This document shows positions 18,354 through 26,803 of a DNA stretch of 64,000 nt, piece after piece. This DNA is from an uncultured virus (IMG/VR IMGVR_UViG_3300025880_000013). Taxonomy: Duplodnaviria; Heunggongvirae; Uroviricota; Caudoviricetes. Every line of letters begins with the position of its first letter. Position 1 is the first letter of the stretch. Both the position numbers and the translations under genes were made by a program. The DNA lies in IMG/VR virus record IMGVR_UViG_3300025880_000013; one strand, 5' to 3'. The notes below the pieces were generated by a model. It made no database searches, was not told the origin of the DNA, and was given only the letters and a program-made list of their open reading frames with translations.

Positions 18354-20243
18354 ATGGCATTACAAAAACTAAGAGAGCATTATCAATCAATAAATGCTAA
18401 TGAGTTCCAAAGATTATTAAAGAATAGGGTAATGGTTGTTGAGAAAATCTCAGCACCCACATTCTATGTTAGGAGAGTAAATGATAAATTTGAATATTAT
18501 AAATCTTCAAATGGAAATCCTCTTACAATTATCGATAGAACTATAATGTCACTTTATGAGGTTGCAATCAAGCACATTCAAAGTTTAAATCCAGAAAGCA
18601 AAGAAGAGTTACCTTCTGATTATAGATTTGGATTTGAATATCTACCAGAAACAAACGTATCTTCTATAGCATACGATAAAGTACCAACTAATAATTTAAT
18701 ATTAACACACGTACAACATATAAACGAATCTGGTAAAGTTAAAAAGACTATAATAGATCCAGTAATTATATCTAAGTGGGCTAAAGTGTTAGACACACAA
18801 AAGCAAGAAGTAATTTTTGATGGAGTATTAAACCAAATACAAGTTGATAGGTTAATCAAATTATTAGAAATGAATGACAAAGAATTTTCAGAGTCATTCG
18901 ATTATGATATTGAAACAGAAGTTGAAACAAGCTTTACGAAAGAAATATATAAAATATTTAATCCAAGCTCAAACTCTACTGTTTTACAACATGATTTAGA
19001 ACAAGAAATTGAAGGATTGGTTTTAAACTTCTCAGAAGGAAAAAAGATAACTTCATTTAAATTAGAAGATTTTACAAGAACTAACATTAATGAAATTAGA
19101 GAAAGTTCTCACATGTATCAAATTGCGATCGCAGATATACTTGAGCACTGTATTCAATATGACTTTAGTAAAGTTCAATTAAAAGAAGAAACAGCAAATC
19201 AAAGATATTTAGAATTAATGTCAGTTGTATTTAACAACTATATTTCTAAAAACGCATCAAGATATATTGGTGTTAATTTTGATAACGCTGAATTTTCAAA
19301 CTCAAGTTCTTTCAAATTAAACACCAATTTTATTAAGAATGAAAATACATTAACTCACGTTTCAAACGAAGTTCTTGCTTCATTATTTAAAATAACAATT
19401 GGAACATTTAGAAAGAAAAAGAATAAAGCAACAGATATAATCAATGATGATATGGTTGCTCAATTAAATAAAGTTGTTGAAATGATAGATGAAACAGTAT
19501 TCATTGAAAATACTGATGAGAATTCAATATACGATTATAACAATTTCATGATGCATAATAAGATTAAAACAAGCGTAAGCTTGAACGAAGCGCTAAACGT
19601 CAAATATGGAGAGCAAGGTAAACAGCCGGTAAATATGTTTGTTGGTAGATTCCAACCATTTACACTAGGACATGCTAAAGTATTAGAGGCTATCCATAAA
19701 GAGAATGGATATCCGGTTGTAGTGTTATTAGTTAAATCTAAGAATCCAAAGTATAAAAAAGGAGACGAGTTTTCAAAGCCATACGATGCAGATCTACAAA
19801 TCGAAATGTTTAACAACGTTAAAAAACAATATAAGTTTTTAAAAGAGATTATTATTGTACCAACAGGAGGTATTGATACTATATTTAATGCAATAAGACC
19901 TAAATATGAACCAGTATTATGGGGAACAGGAACTGACAGATTAAAATCTTATGGTTACCAAGTTAACAATGATTCATATAGAGATCAATTAAATGTAAGA
20001 TCTGATTTCGGATTATTTGAAATTCCAAGAACAGATGATAACATCTCAGCAACTCAGGTTAGAAATGCAATGTTAGACGGCGACGAAAAAACTTTTAAGA
20101 AAATGACGCCAAAGGCAATTCACGGAATGTATGATACTTTAAAAGATAGATTAGAACAGTCAATGGGTGCGGTTGCAGAATCAATCCAGCTAGATAATAG
20201 TCTTATGACTTTTGAACAATTCATAAATAACCAAGATATATAA
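18354..20243 (+). CDS. Degenerate ligase-like N-terminal domain plus cytidylyltransferase/NMNAT-like C-terminal domain
   Basis: VVEKIS...EGLVL..FKL in the N-terminal part; GRFQPFTLGH, GTDR and ISATQVR after an LNEA site; ends in MTFEQFINN. Confidence 0.65.
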   Translation: MALQKLREHYQSINANEFQRLLKNRVMVVEKISAPTFYVRRVNDKFEYYKSSNGNPLTIIDRTIMSLYEVAIKHIQSLNPESKEELPSDYRFGFEYLPETNVSSIAYDKVPTNNLILTHVQHINESGKVKKTIIDPVIISKWAKVLDTQKQEVIFDGVLNQIQVDRLIKLLEMNDKEFSESFDYDIETEVETSFTKEIYKIFNPSSNSTVLQHDLEQEIEGLVLNFSEGKKITSFKLEDFTRTNINEIRESSHMYQIAIADILEHCIQYDFSKVQLKEETANQRYLELMSVVFNNYISKNASRYIGVNFDNAEFSNSSSFKLNTNFIKNENTLTHVSNEVLASLFKITIGTFRKKKNKATDIINDDMVAQLNKVVEMIDETVFIENTDENSIYDYNNFMMHNKIKTSVSLNEALNVKYGEQGKQPVNMFVGRFQPFTLGHAKVLEAIHKENGYPVVVLLVKSKNPKYKKGDEFSKPYDADLQIEMFNNVKKQYKFLKEIIIVPTGGIDTIFNAIRPKYEPVLWGTGTDRLKSYGYQVNNDSYRDQLNVRSDFGLFEIPRTDDNISATQVRNAMLDGDEKTFKKMTPKAIHGMYDTLKDRLEQSMGAVAESIQLDNSLMTFEQFINNQDI

Positions 20244-20276
20244 TCTTATAATATATAATAAAACAAAAAATTAAAT

Positions 20277-22745
20277 ATGAATTTTAAATCATTTTTATCA
20301 GAGAATAACAAAGACTATGCTTCTCTATTAGAAGGAACAATGTCAGATATTCATCAATTAGCAGGTGAGTCAAAGGACATCGAATCTTTTACTAAAGATT
20401 TCTTCAAACAATTTGGAGCTAAGATTAAGAAAACAGCAGACTCAGTAGAGTGGGTAGAGTCGTTATATACAGATATGACCAATGAGGCATATGATGGTAA
20501 TATGGCAGACTTTAAATATGAATTTCCAACGAAATTCGAAGAAGCAACCGGTAATAGCACGAAGGCTATTAAGAAGATGTCTAAAAAAGGTAAAAATGGT
20601 TATGAAGTTAGAACTTCAACTTACATGAGTGAACCAGAAATGAAACTGGTAGCTGATGCAATGGGAATGGAACTAAAAAGCTATTTAAAATCTACTAACA
20701 TCGCAGTTAGTGTGTTTGAATCAGTAGTTACTGAAGCTAGATATAATAAAAAATCACTATTAAAAAAATTAGGTGATGCAGACGATGCAACAATTCAAAC
20801 CGGAAACGGAAAAGAATACATCATCTACAATCCTGATTCTAATAACGACGATAATGCTGCTATGTGGAATGATAATTCAGTATTTGCAGTAGACCAAGAC
20901 GGTGAAGAACATGAAATAGCGTATAAAGATATAGGATTAGTAATGGTAGAATCAGTAACTAACGAATCTAAAGTTACTCTTAAAAGAAGATATACTGAAA
21001 ACCACCCAGCTAAAACTGCAGGTAAATTTGCTAAAGTTAGAAATAAAGTATTAGAGGCAATCGCAGATGGTACAATAACTCAAGAAGAGTTTGACAACAT
21101 TCTTTCTGAACTTTCTAACAACGCTAAAAGATGGTCTAAAAACAATTCAAAATACTTTACAATATCTGAGGAAGGTATATCACTAAGTAAATTTGGAAAG
21201 AGAGTTCTTAATAGTATTACAGTAAACGAAGCTACTGAGGTTAATCCAGAAATATGGGTTCCTTCAGGATTTGATAAAGCAATTGCTAAACTTCCAAATT
21301 CTCAAATTACAAGAGATGTAGTATTAAAAGTAGCTAAAAAACATAAAGTAAATCCGGACGAGGCCATCGCATACGTAGAATATGGATGGATGTTAGATTT
21401 AAATGAAAACACAAACACAAATATGAAAACACAATTTATTTACGAATCATTTAGCGAGTTTGTTAACTCTTTAAACGAATCAGTAGAATCAGTAGTAGTT
21501 AATGAAGCAGTTAATAATAAAGCATATGTTAAGGCCGGAAAATTAGGTTATAACGACCAATTTCTAGCGAAGAGATCTTTATCATGGACATTATCAGTTG
21601 ATTTAGGTTTAAAGGCATCTGACGAATTCGTTGGACCATGGCTAGGATTTGATCACGTATCAATGTATGCTATTGGTAAAAATGGAGGAACAATTCTTGC
21701 TGACGCTTTAACAGATAAATACACTTATGATGAATTAAAAGCAGCAGCTGCAGATTTCTTAGGTATTAAAGAATCAGTAGACGTTGAACTTAATGAAGCA
21801 TTCAAATCTTCAAAGTTAAGAAACTTAATGAACATGGATCAAGCATCCGCGTATGGTAAGCAAAAGAATTTTGCTTCTGCATTTTACGGAATGTCTAAAG
21901 TTAAATTAGATCAAGTTGGTGATGAATCTTTAGTAGACGTAGATCCTAAAACAGCATACAAGCAATATGCAAACAACAGAGACTTTGTTGTATTTTATAT
22001 TGTAGATAATGAAAAAGAAAACCCATACGCTGACAGAGAAGGTAGATATTCATTAAAACCAGGTATTTTAGCCCTATCAAGAGCTAAAGATTTCTTATCA
22101 GTTAGTTACGATCAAAGAGCATCAAAAAACTCTAAAAACGCAAAATACACATTAGGTAAAGATGCTGGATCTGCAGTTGGAGGAAACAAAAACTATAAAG
22201 GATATGGAGCTACTGGTATTTCATCGATTAAAAGAGCTGCTGAATTAGCAGATAGAGCTATTGTATTTAACTTAGTAGCTGGTTCACCAACATCTCAAGA
22301 TGATATCGCAGCAAGAATAGAAGCTAAGGAAGGTGCTATTGCATTTAAATCTCATGTAGACTTTAAGAGAGCTAACACACAAAGATACCAAGAGATTTTA
22401 GCAGCTAAAGCCTCTAAGCTTCCTTTAGATAAAATGGTTGAAGACGCAATTAATCAATTAACTGCTCAAATGCAAGCTGGTATTAAGTCTGGCGAAAAGA
22501 CTCAATATGGAGAAATCAAAGTAGGTCAAAACTCTAAAGGTAGAGATGTTAAAGTAACAGATGTTGCAAATCACATGAATAGTATTTTACGTGATTACGA
22601 AAGATATGTAAGCTACATTGCACAAGCAGAGAAAGATAAAGAAGACGGATATTCTACAGGTTATTACGAGAGAGAATCTAAAAACTATGCTAAGAGTTTA
22701 AAAGATAACGTTAAAAAAATCAAGAAATTCGATTACGCTTGGTAA
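20277..22745 (+). CDS. Putative internal head polyprotein (822 aa)
   Basis: Late motif upstream; MNFKSFLSE leader; ESVVTEA, ESVTNES, VNEA, ESVVVNEA, LNEA linkers; second leader MKTQFIYESFSEFVNSLNE at 21423. Confidence 0.6.
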   Translation: MNFKSFLSENNKDYASLLEGTMSDIHQLAGESKDIESFTKDFFKQFGAKIKKTADSVEWVESLYTDMTNEAYDGNMADFKYEFPTKFEEATGNSTKAIKKMSKKGKNGYEVRTSTYMSEPEMKLVADAMGMELKSYLKSTNIAVSVFESVVTEARYNKKSLLKKLGDADDATIQTGNGKEYIIYNPDSNNDDNAAMWNDNSVFAVDQDGEEHEIAYKDIGLVMVESVTNESKVTLKRRYTENHPAKTAGKFAKVRNKVLEAIADGTITQEEFDNILSELSNNAKRWSKNNSKYFTISEEGISLSKFGKRVLNSITVNEATEVNPEIWVPSGFDKAIAKLPNSQITRDVVLKVAKKHKVNPDEAIAYVEYGWMLDLNENTNTNMKTQFIYESFSEFVNSLNESVESVVVNEAVNNKAYVKAGKLGYNDQFLAKRSLSWTLSVDLGLKASDEFVGPWLGFDHVSMYAIGKNGGTILADALTDKYTYDELKAAAADFLGIKESVDVELNEAFKSSKLRNLMNMDQASAYGKQKNFASAFYGMSKVKLDQVGDESLVDVDPKTAYKQYANNRDFVVFYIVDNEKENPYADREGRYSLKPGILALSRAKDFLSVSYDQRASKNSKNAKYTLGKDAGSAVGGNKNYKGYGATGISSIKRAAELADRAIVFNLVAGSPTSQDDIAARIEAKEGAIAFKSHVDFKRANTQRYQEILAAKASKLPLDKMVEDAINQLTAQMQAGIKSGEKTQYGEIKVGQNSKGRDVKVTDVANHMNSILRDYERYVSYIAQAEKDKEDGYSTGYYERESKNYAKSLKDNVKKIKKFDYAW

Positions 22746-22765
22746 TAAATTAAATAACAATTAAC

Positions 22766-23074
22766 ATGAAATACATAAAACTATTTGAAGACTTTACAAA
22801 TGAGGCCCTAAGCGCACAGGATAGAAAGGCAATCGCATATACGATGGCAGAACAGGATCCTGAAAAAGTTAAAGAATTACAAAACGCAATTGGTCAAACT
22901 TTTTCTGACAACTATTCTTCAACAAACACAAGTATTTTAGTTGATGTTAAAAAGAAAGGTGGAAAATGGGTTGCAATTACCAAAGAGGCTAAGAGTAAAT
23001 ACAATAATACAAAACCTAAAAAAGGAGAAAGAGAAGCGACAATAGGTATTACATGGAACGCTATGTTCTTTTAA
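22766..23074 (+). CDS. Capsid-targeting-leader protein (102 aa)
   Basis: N-terminus MKYIKLFEDFTNE/A. Confidence 0.6.
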   Translation: MKYIKLFEDFTNEALSAQDRKAIAYTMAEQDPEKVKELQNAIGQTFSDNYSSTNTSILVDVKKKGGKWVAITKEAKSKYNNTKPKKGEREATIGITWNAMFF

Positions 23075-23083
23075 CATATAGCA

Positions 23084-23653
23084 ATGAAAAAACAAAATAC
23101 ATCAAAAAACATTGAAGAAAATATAACTCCAGCAAACATTGGAGGTATGGGAGCTACTTTGTTACCAACAGCAACTCAACCCGGATCTGGTGATATTCCG
23201 TCAGGTAGCGGAGACGCTGAAGAAGAATATAAAAAGAAAAAGAAAAAAATGAAACACTTAAAAACTTTAGAATCTTTCTTAAATGAAGGAACTGAATTAA
23301 ACGAATCAATGAGCTCTTACTATTTTAATAGTCCAAGTGAATTTGATCAGTTTTCATCAGAAGCTCCTGCAAAAGGAGAAACTAAATATTTAGTAATGGC
23401 TAATAACAGAGCTCTTTTTAATGGTCAAGAGATTAGATTAGAAGGACAAGTAAGATTTGGTTCAACTTCTAAAAAACAAATATTAGGTATTTTTGAAGAA
23501 GAAAAAGAAGCATTAGAGATTTATAAATCATCTATGAAAAGCCCACAAGGAACATTTGTTTCTTTCTCAATGGGAACCTTAGTTGGAATATCTAAATTCA
23601 AATCTCAATATACTGAGATTGAAGGATATTTAGCGACAGTAAAAGTAAAGTAA
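23084..23653 (+). CDS. Protein with internal capsid-targeting-like leader
   Basis: MKHLKTLESFLNE/G begins at 23249 after an A-rich (poly-Lys) stretch. Confidence 0.55.
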   Translation: MKKQNTSKNIEENITPANIGGMGATLLPTATQPGSGDIPSGSGDAEEEYKKKKKKMKHLKTLESFLNEGTELNESMSSYYFNSPSEFDQFSSEAPAKGETKYLVMANNRALFNGQEIRLEGQVRFGSTSKKQILGIFEEEKEALEIYKSSMKSPQGTFVSFSMGTLVGISKFKSQYTEIEGYLATVKVK

Positions 23654-23688
23654 TTCCGCGTATCATCGGAAAAATTCAACCACATGTT

Positions 23689-23728
23689 GAAACTATTTAA
23701 GAATGCCCTGTATAATTACAGGGCATTC
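23689..23728 (+). promoter_or_regulatory. GAAAC-N17-TATAA promoter overlapped by a perfect 12-bp inverted repeat
   Basis: GAAAC at 23689, TATAA at 23711; GAATGCCCTGTA-TAAT-TACAGGGCATTC at 23701-23728. Confidence 0.65.
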
Positions 23729-23748
23729 CTCATTTAAAAAGACAACTA

Positions 23749-23985
23749 ATGAATCAATTCTTATTTAAACCGGACAATTATACAGAATGGTCAACATCAT
23801 CTCTTAATAAAATTGAAAAGGTTATAGAATCATGTATCACTGAAGAACATTTAGATTCTGCTAAGACGATGGTAGATCATTTTATTCTAACACTAGCAAT
23901 TAACGAGTCATATCCAGATAACCAAGTTCAAGATATATCAAAACAATTATACTTATGTTTAAATCTAAAAAGAAATAAATTATGA
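23749..23985 (+). CDS. Hypothetical protein (78 aa)
   Basis: First ORF after the promoter; ATGA overlap with the next gene. Confidence 0.6.
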   Translation: MNQFLFKPDNYTEWSTSSLNKIEKVIESCITEEHLDSAKTMVDHFILTLAINESYPDNQVQDISKQLYLCLNLKRNKL

Positions 23986-24560
23986 GCTCTTTAAAAAAGA
24001 AAATCGGATTTACTGCTGGCAATTTTGACCTACTACATCCAGGTTATATTTACACCTTCGAAACAGCGAAGGAACACTGTGATTACTTTATGGTGTTTTT
24101 GCAAATAGATCCATCAGAAACAAGGTTTACTAAATACAAACCAGTAATTCCATTATATGAAAGATATAAAACCTTAATGGCAATTAAGTATATTGACGAG
24201 GTTGTTACATATCAAACTGAAGAGGACTTAATAAAGTTAATGGAATTTTATAAGCCTGACGTACGAATTTTAGGAGATGATTATATCGGTAAGAGATTTA
24301 CTGGTGATAATTTACCAATTGATGTAGTGTATACAACAAGATCGCATGGATGGTCAACTACCAAATTAAAAGATCTAATCACAGTTCAAACTGTAAAACA
24401 AAATCCGGAATTAATAGATCGAGCAAAGAATGAAGATTCAACATCAGACGCTCAAAGATTAATGCTAGCGATCCGAGATGAAATTGCACAATACACTGAA
24501 GGTAATCTTTCAGAAGAACAATACAAAGAAGGAATTAAAGAATTATTAGACAACGCATGA
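23982..24560 (+). CDS. Cytidylyltransferase family protein (TagD/RfaE-like)
   Basis: GFTAGNFDLLHPGY (HxGH variant), ER...IKYIDEV, LGDDY, WSTT. Confidence 0.8.
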   Translation: MSSLKKKIGFTAGNFDLLHPGYIYTFETAKEHCDYFMVFLQIDPSETRFTKYKPVIPLYERYKTLMAIKYIDEVVTYQTEEDLIKLMEFYKPDVRILGDDYIGKRFTGDNLPIDVVYTTRSHGWSTTKLKDLITVQTVKQNPELIDRAKNEDSTSDAQRLMLAIRDEIAQYTEGNLSEEQYKEGIKELLDNA

Positions 24561-25486
24561 GAATAATAGTAACAGGAGGATTTGGATTTATTGGATCTTC
24601 GTTTGTTAATTTACTTAATCGTAGATTACCAAATGATGAGATAGTTATTTTAGATAAAATGACGTATGCTGCAGATCCAAATAATATTAAACAATCTACA
24701 AAATTAATTAAGAAAGATATTTGTGATGTTACTCCAGAAGATTTAGGTAGCTATGATTATATCGTTCACTTTGCAGCAGAGAGCCATGTAGACAACTCTA
24801 TTAAAGACGGAAAACCTTTTATTAGAACTAATGTTGAAGGAACCTTTAATCTATTAGAGTGTGCCAGACAAAACCCTAACCTTAAGAAATTTATTCATAT
24901 TTCAACAGATGAGGTTTATGGAGATATGGATGATATTGGTTTATTAGCAGAAGCTAATGAAATCTTTAATTTAAAAGGATCTTCTTATTATTCTTCAAGT
25001 AAAGCAGCAAGTGATCTTTTAGTTGAAGCAGCTGGTCGCACTTTTGGGTTACCATATTTGATTACTAGAACCTGTAATAATTACGGAGATCACCAGAACG
25101 AAGAAAAGTTTATTCCAAAGATTATGAAATCTATTGCGAATGATTTAACTATTCCAGTTTATGGAGATGGAAAGCAGGTTAGAGAATGGATCGACGTTGA
25201 AGATAATGTCCAACTAATATATGGATTAATGTTATCAGATCTTGAAGGAGAAGTATATAATATTGGAAGTGGAGAAAGATATCAAAATATAGAGATCATT
25301 AATATGATCGCAGAAATGTTAGGTAAAACACCTAAGTTTGAGTTTGTTGCAGATCGTTTAGGACATGATCGCAGATATGCACTAGACTCTACTAAAGTAA
25401 GAGAGTTATTTTCAGATTGGGAAACACTCTCATTTAAAGAATTTTTATTAGAACAAGTAAACACAATTAAAAACAAAAATCAATGA
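24557..25486 (+). CDS. rfbB: dTDP-glucose 4,6-dehydratase (RmlB/RfbB-like)
   Basis: TGGFGFIG, DKMTYA, HFAAESHVD, STDEVYG, YSSSK, NNYG, GHDRRY. Confidence 0.9.
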   Translation: MRIIVTGGFGFIGSSFVNLLNRRLPNDEIVILDKMTYAADPNNIKQSTKLIKKDICDVTPEDLGSYDYIVHFAAESHVDNSIKDGKPFIRTNVEGTFNLLECARQNPNLKKFIHISTDEVYGDMDDIGLLAEANEIFNLKGSSYYSSSKAASDLLVEAAGRTFGLPYLITRTCNNYGDHQNEEKFIPKIMKSIANDLTIPVYGDGKQVREWIDVEDNVQLIYGLMLSDLEGEVYNIGSGERYQNIEIINMIAEMLGKTPKFEFVADRLGHDRRYALDSTKVRELFSDWETLSFKEFLLEQVNTIKNKNQ

Positions 25487-25695
25487 ATGCACATTTAATT
25501 ACAATGCTTAAAACCTCAGCAGAGGCTGATAAAGCAAAGGCCCTATTGTCTTTAGATCTATTAGGAAATAAAGGAACAGGTATTGGAGATCACTCTACTG
25601 GTGATTTTTACAAGAATGCAGAAGAAGCATTAACAATGCTAGTTGATGCCGATGACAGACTAGCAGCACTAAACAAATATTATGGCGATCTATAA
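25483..25695 (+). CDS. Hypothetical protein (70 aa)
   Basis: ATGA overlap with rfbB; GIGDHS motif. Confidence 0.6.
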   Translation: MNAHLITMLKTSAEADKAKALLSLDLLGNKGTGIGDHSTGDFYKNAEEALTMLVDADDRLAALNKYYGDL

Positions 25696-25720
25696 TATGC
25701 AAATTGTTAATAACTTTTGA

Positions 25721-25770
25721 AAAATAAGTGAGTCAGGATTTTCCTGGTTCACTTTTTTTGCTTATATTTA
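25721..25770 (+). repeat. 50-bp direct repeat copy 1 (early promoter cassette)
   Basis: AAAATAAGTGAGTCAGGATTTTCCTGGTTCACTTTTTTTGCTTATATTTA, near-identical to 26055-26104. Confidence 0.8.
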
Positions 25771-25794
25771 TACTATAATTAAAAACAAACAAAC

Positions 25795-26046
25795 ATGAGC
25801 TACACAAGATTCAACAGACACGAATCAATGGATTCAGAAACAAGAAGAGAAATTATGGACCTAATTAGCGAGATTAGATCACATTCTTCTGAATTAACAA
25901 ATATGATGTATGGTTTATTTGATGGATATCTATACGATGAAATGCAAATCGAAGGATTAAAACTACCAACTGAATTGGCTAAAAGGGTTATGAAAGTTTA
26001 TTTCACGTGCTCAAGATATCCAAAATCAGAAACACAAAGACATTAA
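25795..26046 (+). CDS. Hypothetical early protein (83 aa)
   Basis: Follows the promoter repeat with an A-rich leader. Confidence 0.65.
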   Translation: MSYTRFNRHESMDSETRREIMDLISEIRSHSSELTNMMYGLFDGYLYDEMQIEGLKLPTELAKRVMKVYFTCSRYPKSETQRH

Positions 26047-26054
26047 ATAAATTT

Positions 26055-26104
26055 AAAATAAGTGAGTCAGGATTTTTCTGGTTCGCTTTTTTTGTTTATA
26101 TTTA
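26055..26104 (+). repeat. 50-bp direct repeat copy 2 (early promoter cassette)
   Basis: AAAATAAGTGAGTCAGGATTTTTCTGGTTCGCTTTTTTTGTTTATATTTA. Confidence 0.8.
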
Positions 26105-26125
26105 CATATAACAAATATATAACGT

Positions 26126-26275
26126 ATGACATTAGAAGAACTACAAATCCTATTAGAAAGAGCAGCAGACAATATTGTATATGCACAACCACAAGATGAA
26201 ACACAATGGGCATATAACGAAGGAGTACAAGACCTTGCAATTGAATTAGAAAACTTAATAACTCAAAATAAATAA
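26126..26275 (+). CDS. Small hypothetical early protein (49 aa; not in the ORF track)
   Basis: MTLEELQILLERAADNIVYAQPQDETQWAYNEGVQDLAIELENLITQNK*, directly behind promoter repeat copy 2. Confidence 0.6.
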   Translation: MTLEELQILLERAADNIVYAQPQDETQWAYNEGVQDLAIELENLITQNK

Positions 26276-26282
26276 AATCAAC

Positions 26283-26486
26283 ATGATCAAACACAAACAC
26301 CCTTGGGAGTACAAAATGCACGCAGTTAAAGGAGAAAAACCAACCGCTGAAGAATTTGCAGAGCTAGTGAAAAAAGCAACCGCAAAAGACGAAAAAGAGA
26401 TTAAATCATCCGGATATATGAATATCGATGGAATTCCTCACAAGATGGTTAAAGGATCTTGGGTACCTTTAAAGAGAATCAATTAG
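26283..26486 (+). CDS. Hypothetical protein (67 aa)
   Basis: Fills the space before the next promoter; A-rich leader. Confidence 0.55.
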   Translation: MIKHKHPWEYKMHAVKGEKPTAEEFAELVKKATAKDEKEIKSSGYMNIDGIPHKMVKGSWVPLKRIN

Positions 26487-26512
26487 AAACATTTTTAATA
26501 TTTCACATATAA
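26486..26512 (+). promoter_or_regulatory. GAAAC-N17-TATAA promoter
   Basis: Exact spacing; precedes the DNA-modification/polymerase operon. Confidence 0.65.
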
Positions 26513-26533
26513 CAGTTACTAAATTAATAAAGA

Positions 26534-26803
26534 ATGAAAAGTATATTAGAAGAAGCGAATGACATTGTAAATAACAGAAGTGAAGAAGCAGATCGTAATT
26601 ATGGTCCTTTTTCAGAAGGCATGGATCGTGCTGCAATGATCTTTCAAGGAATGACAGGCCATGAAGTAACAGGAGCAGATATGTTTAAGGCCTTAGTAGC
26701 TCTTAAATTCTCTCGAGAAAGCTACAACCACAAACGTGATAATTTATTAGATGCAGTTGCATATATTCAAGGACTTGATAACTATGTAAACGAAAGTAAA
26801 TAA
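26534..26803 (+). CDS. DUF6378-like small helical protein (nucleotide-modification associated)
   Basis: SILEEA..IV..R...YG....(K)..R......DNLLDAVAY pattern. Confidence 0.6.
   Translation: MKSILEEANDIVNNRSEEADRNYGPFSEGMDRAAMIFQGMTGHEVTGADMFKALVALKFSRESYNHKRDNLLDAVAYIQGLDNYVNESK

Noticed and set aside
23982..24560. Pseudogene call because HxGH reads HPGY
   Set aside because: The ORF is intact and coupled to both neighbours; a single motif substitution is not evidence of decay.
26067..26321. 84-aa minus-strand ORF
   Set aside because: It overlaps the promoter repeat and two + strand ORFs (26126, 26283) that fit the promoter orientation better.
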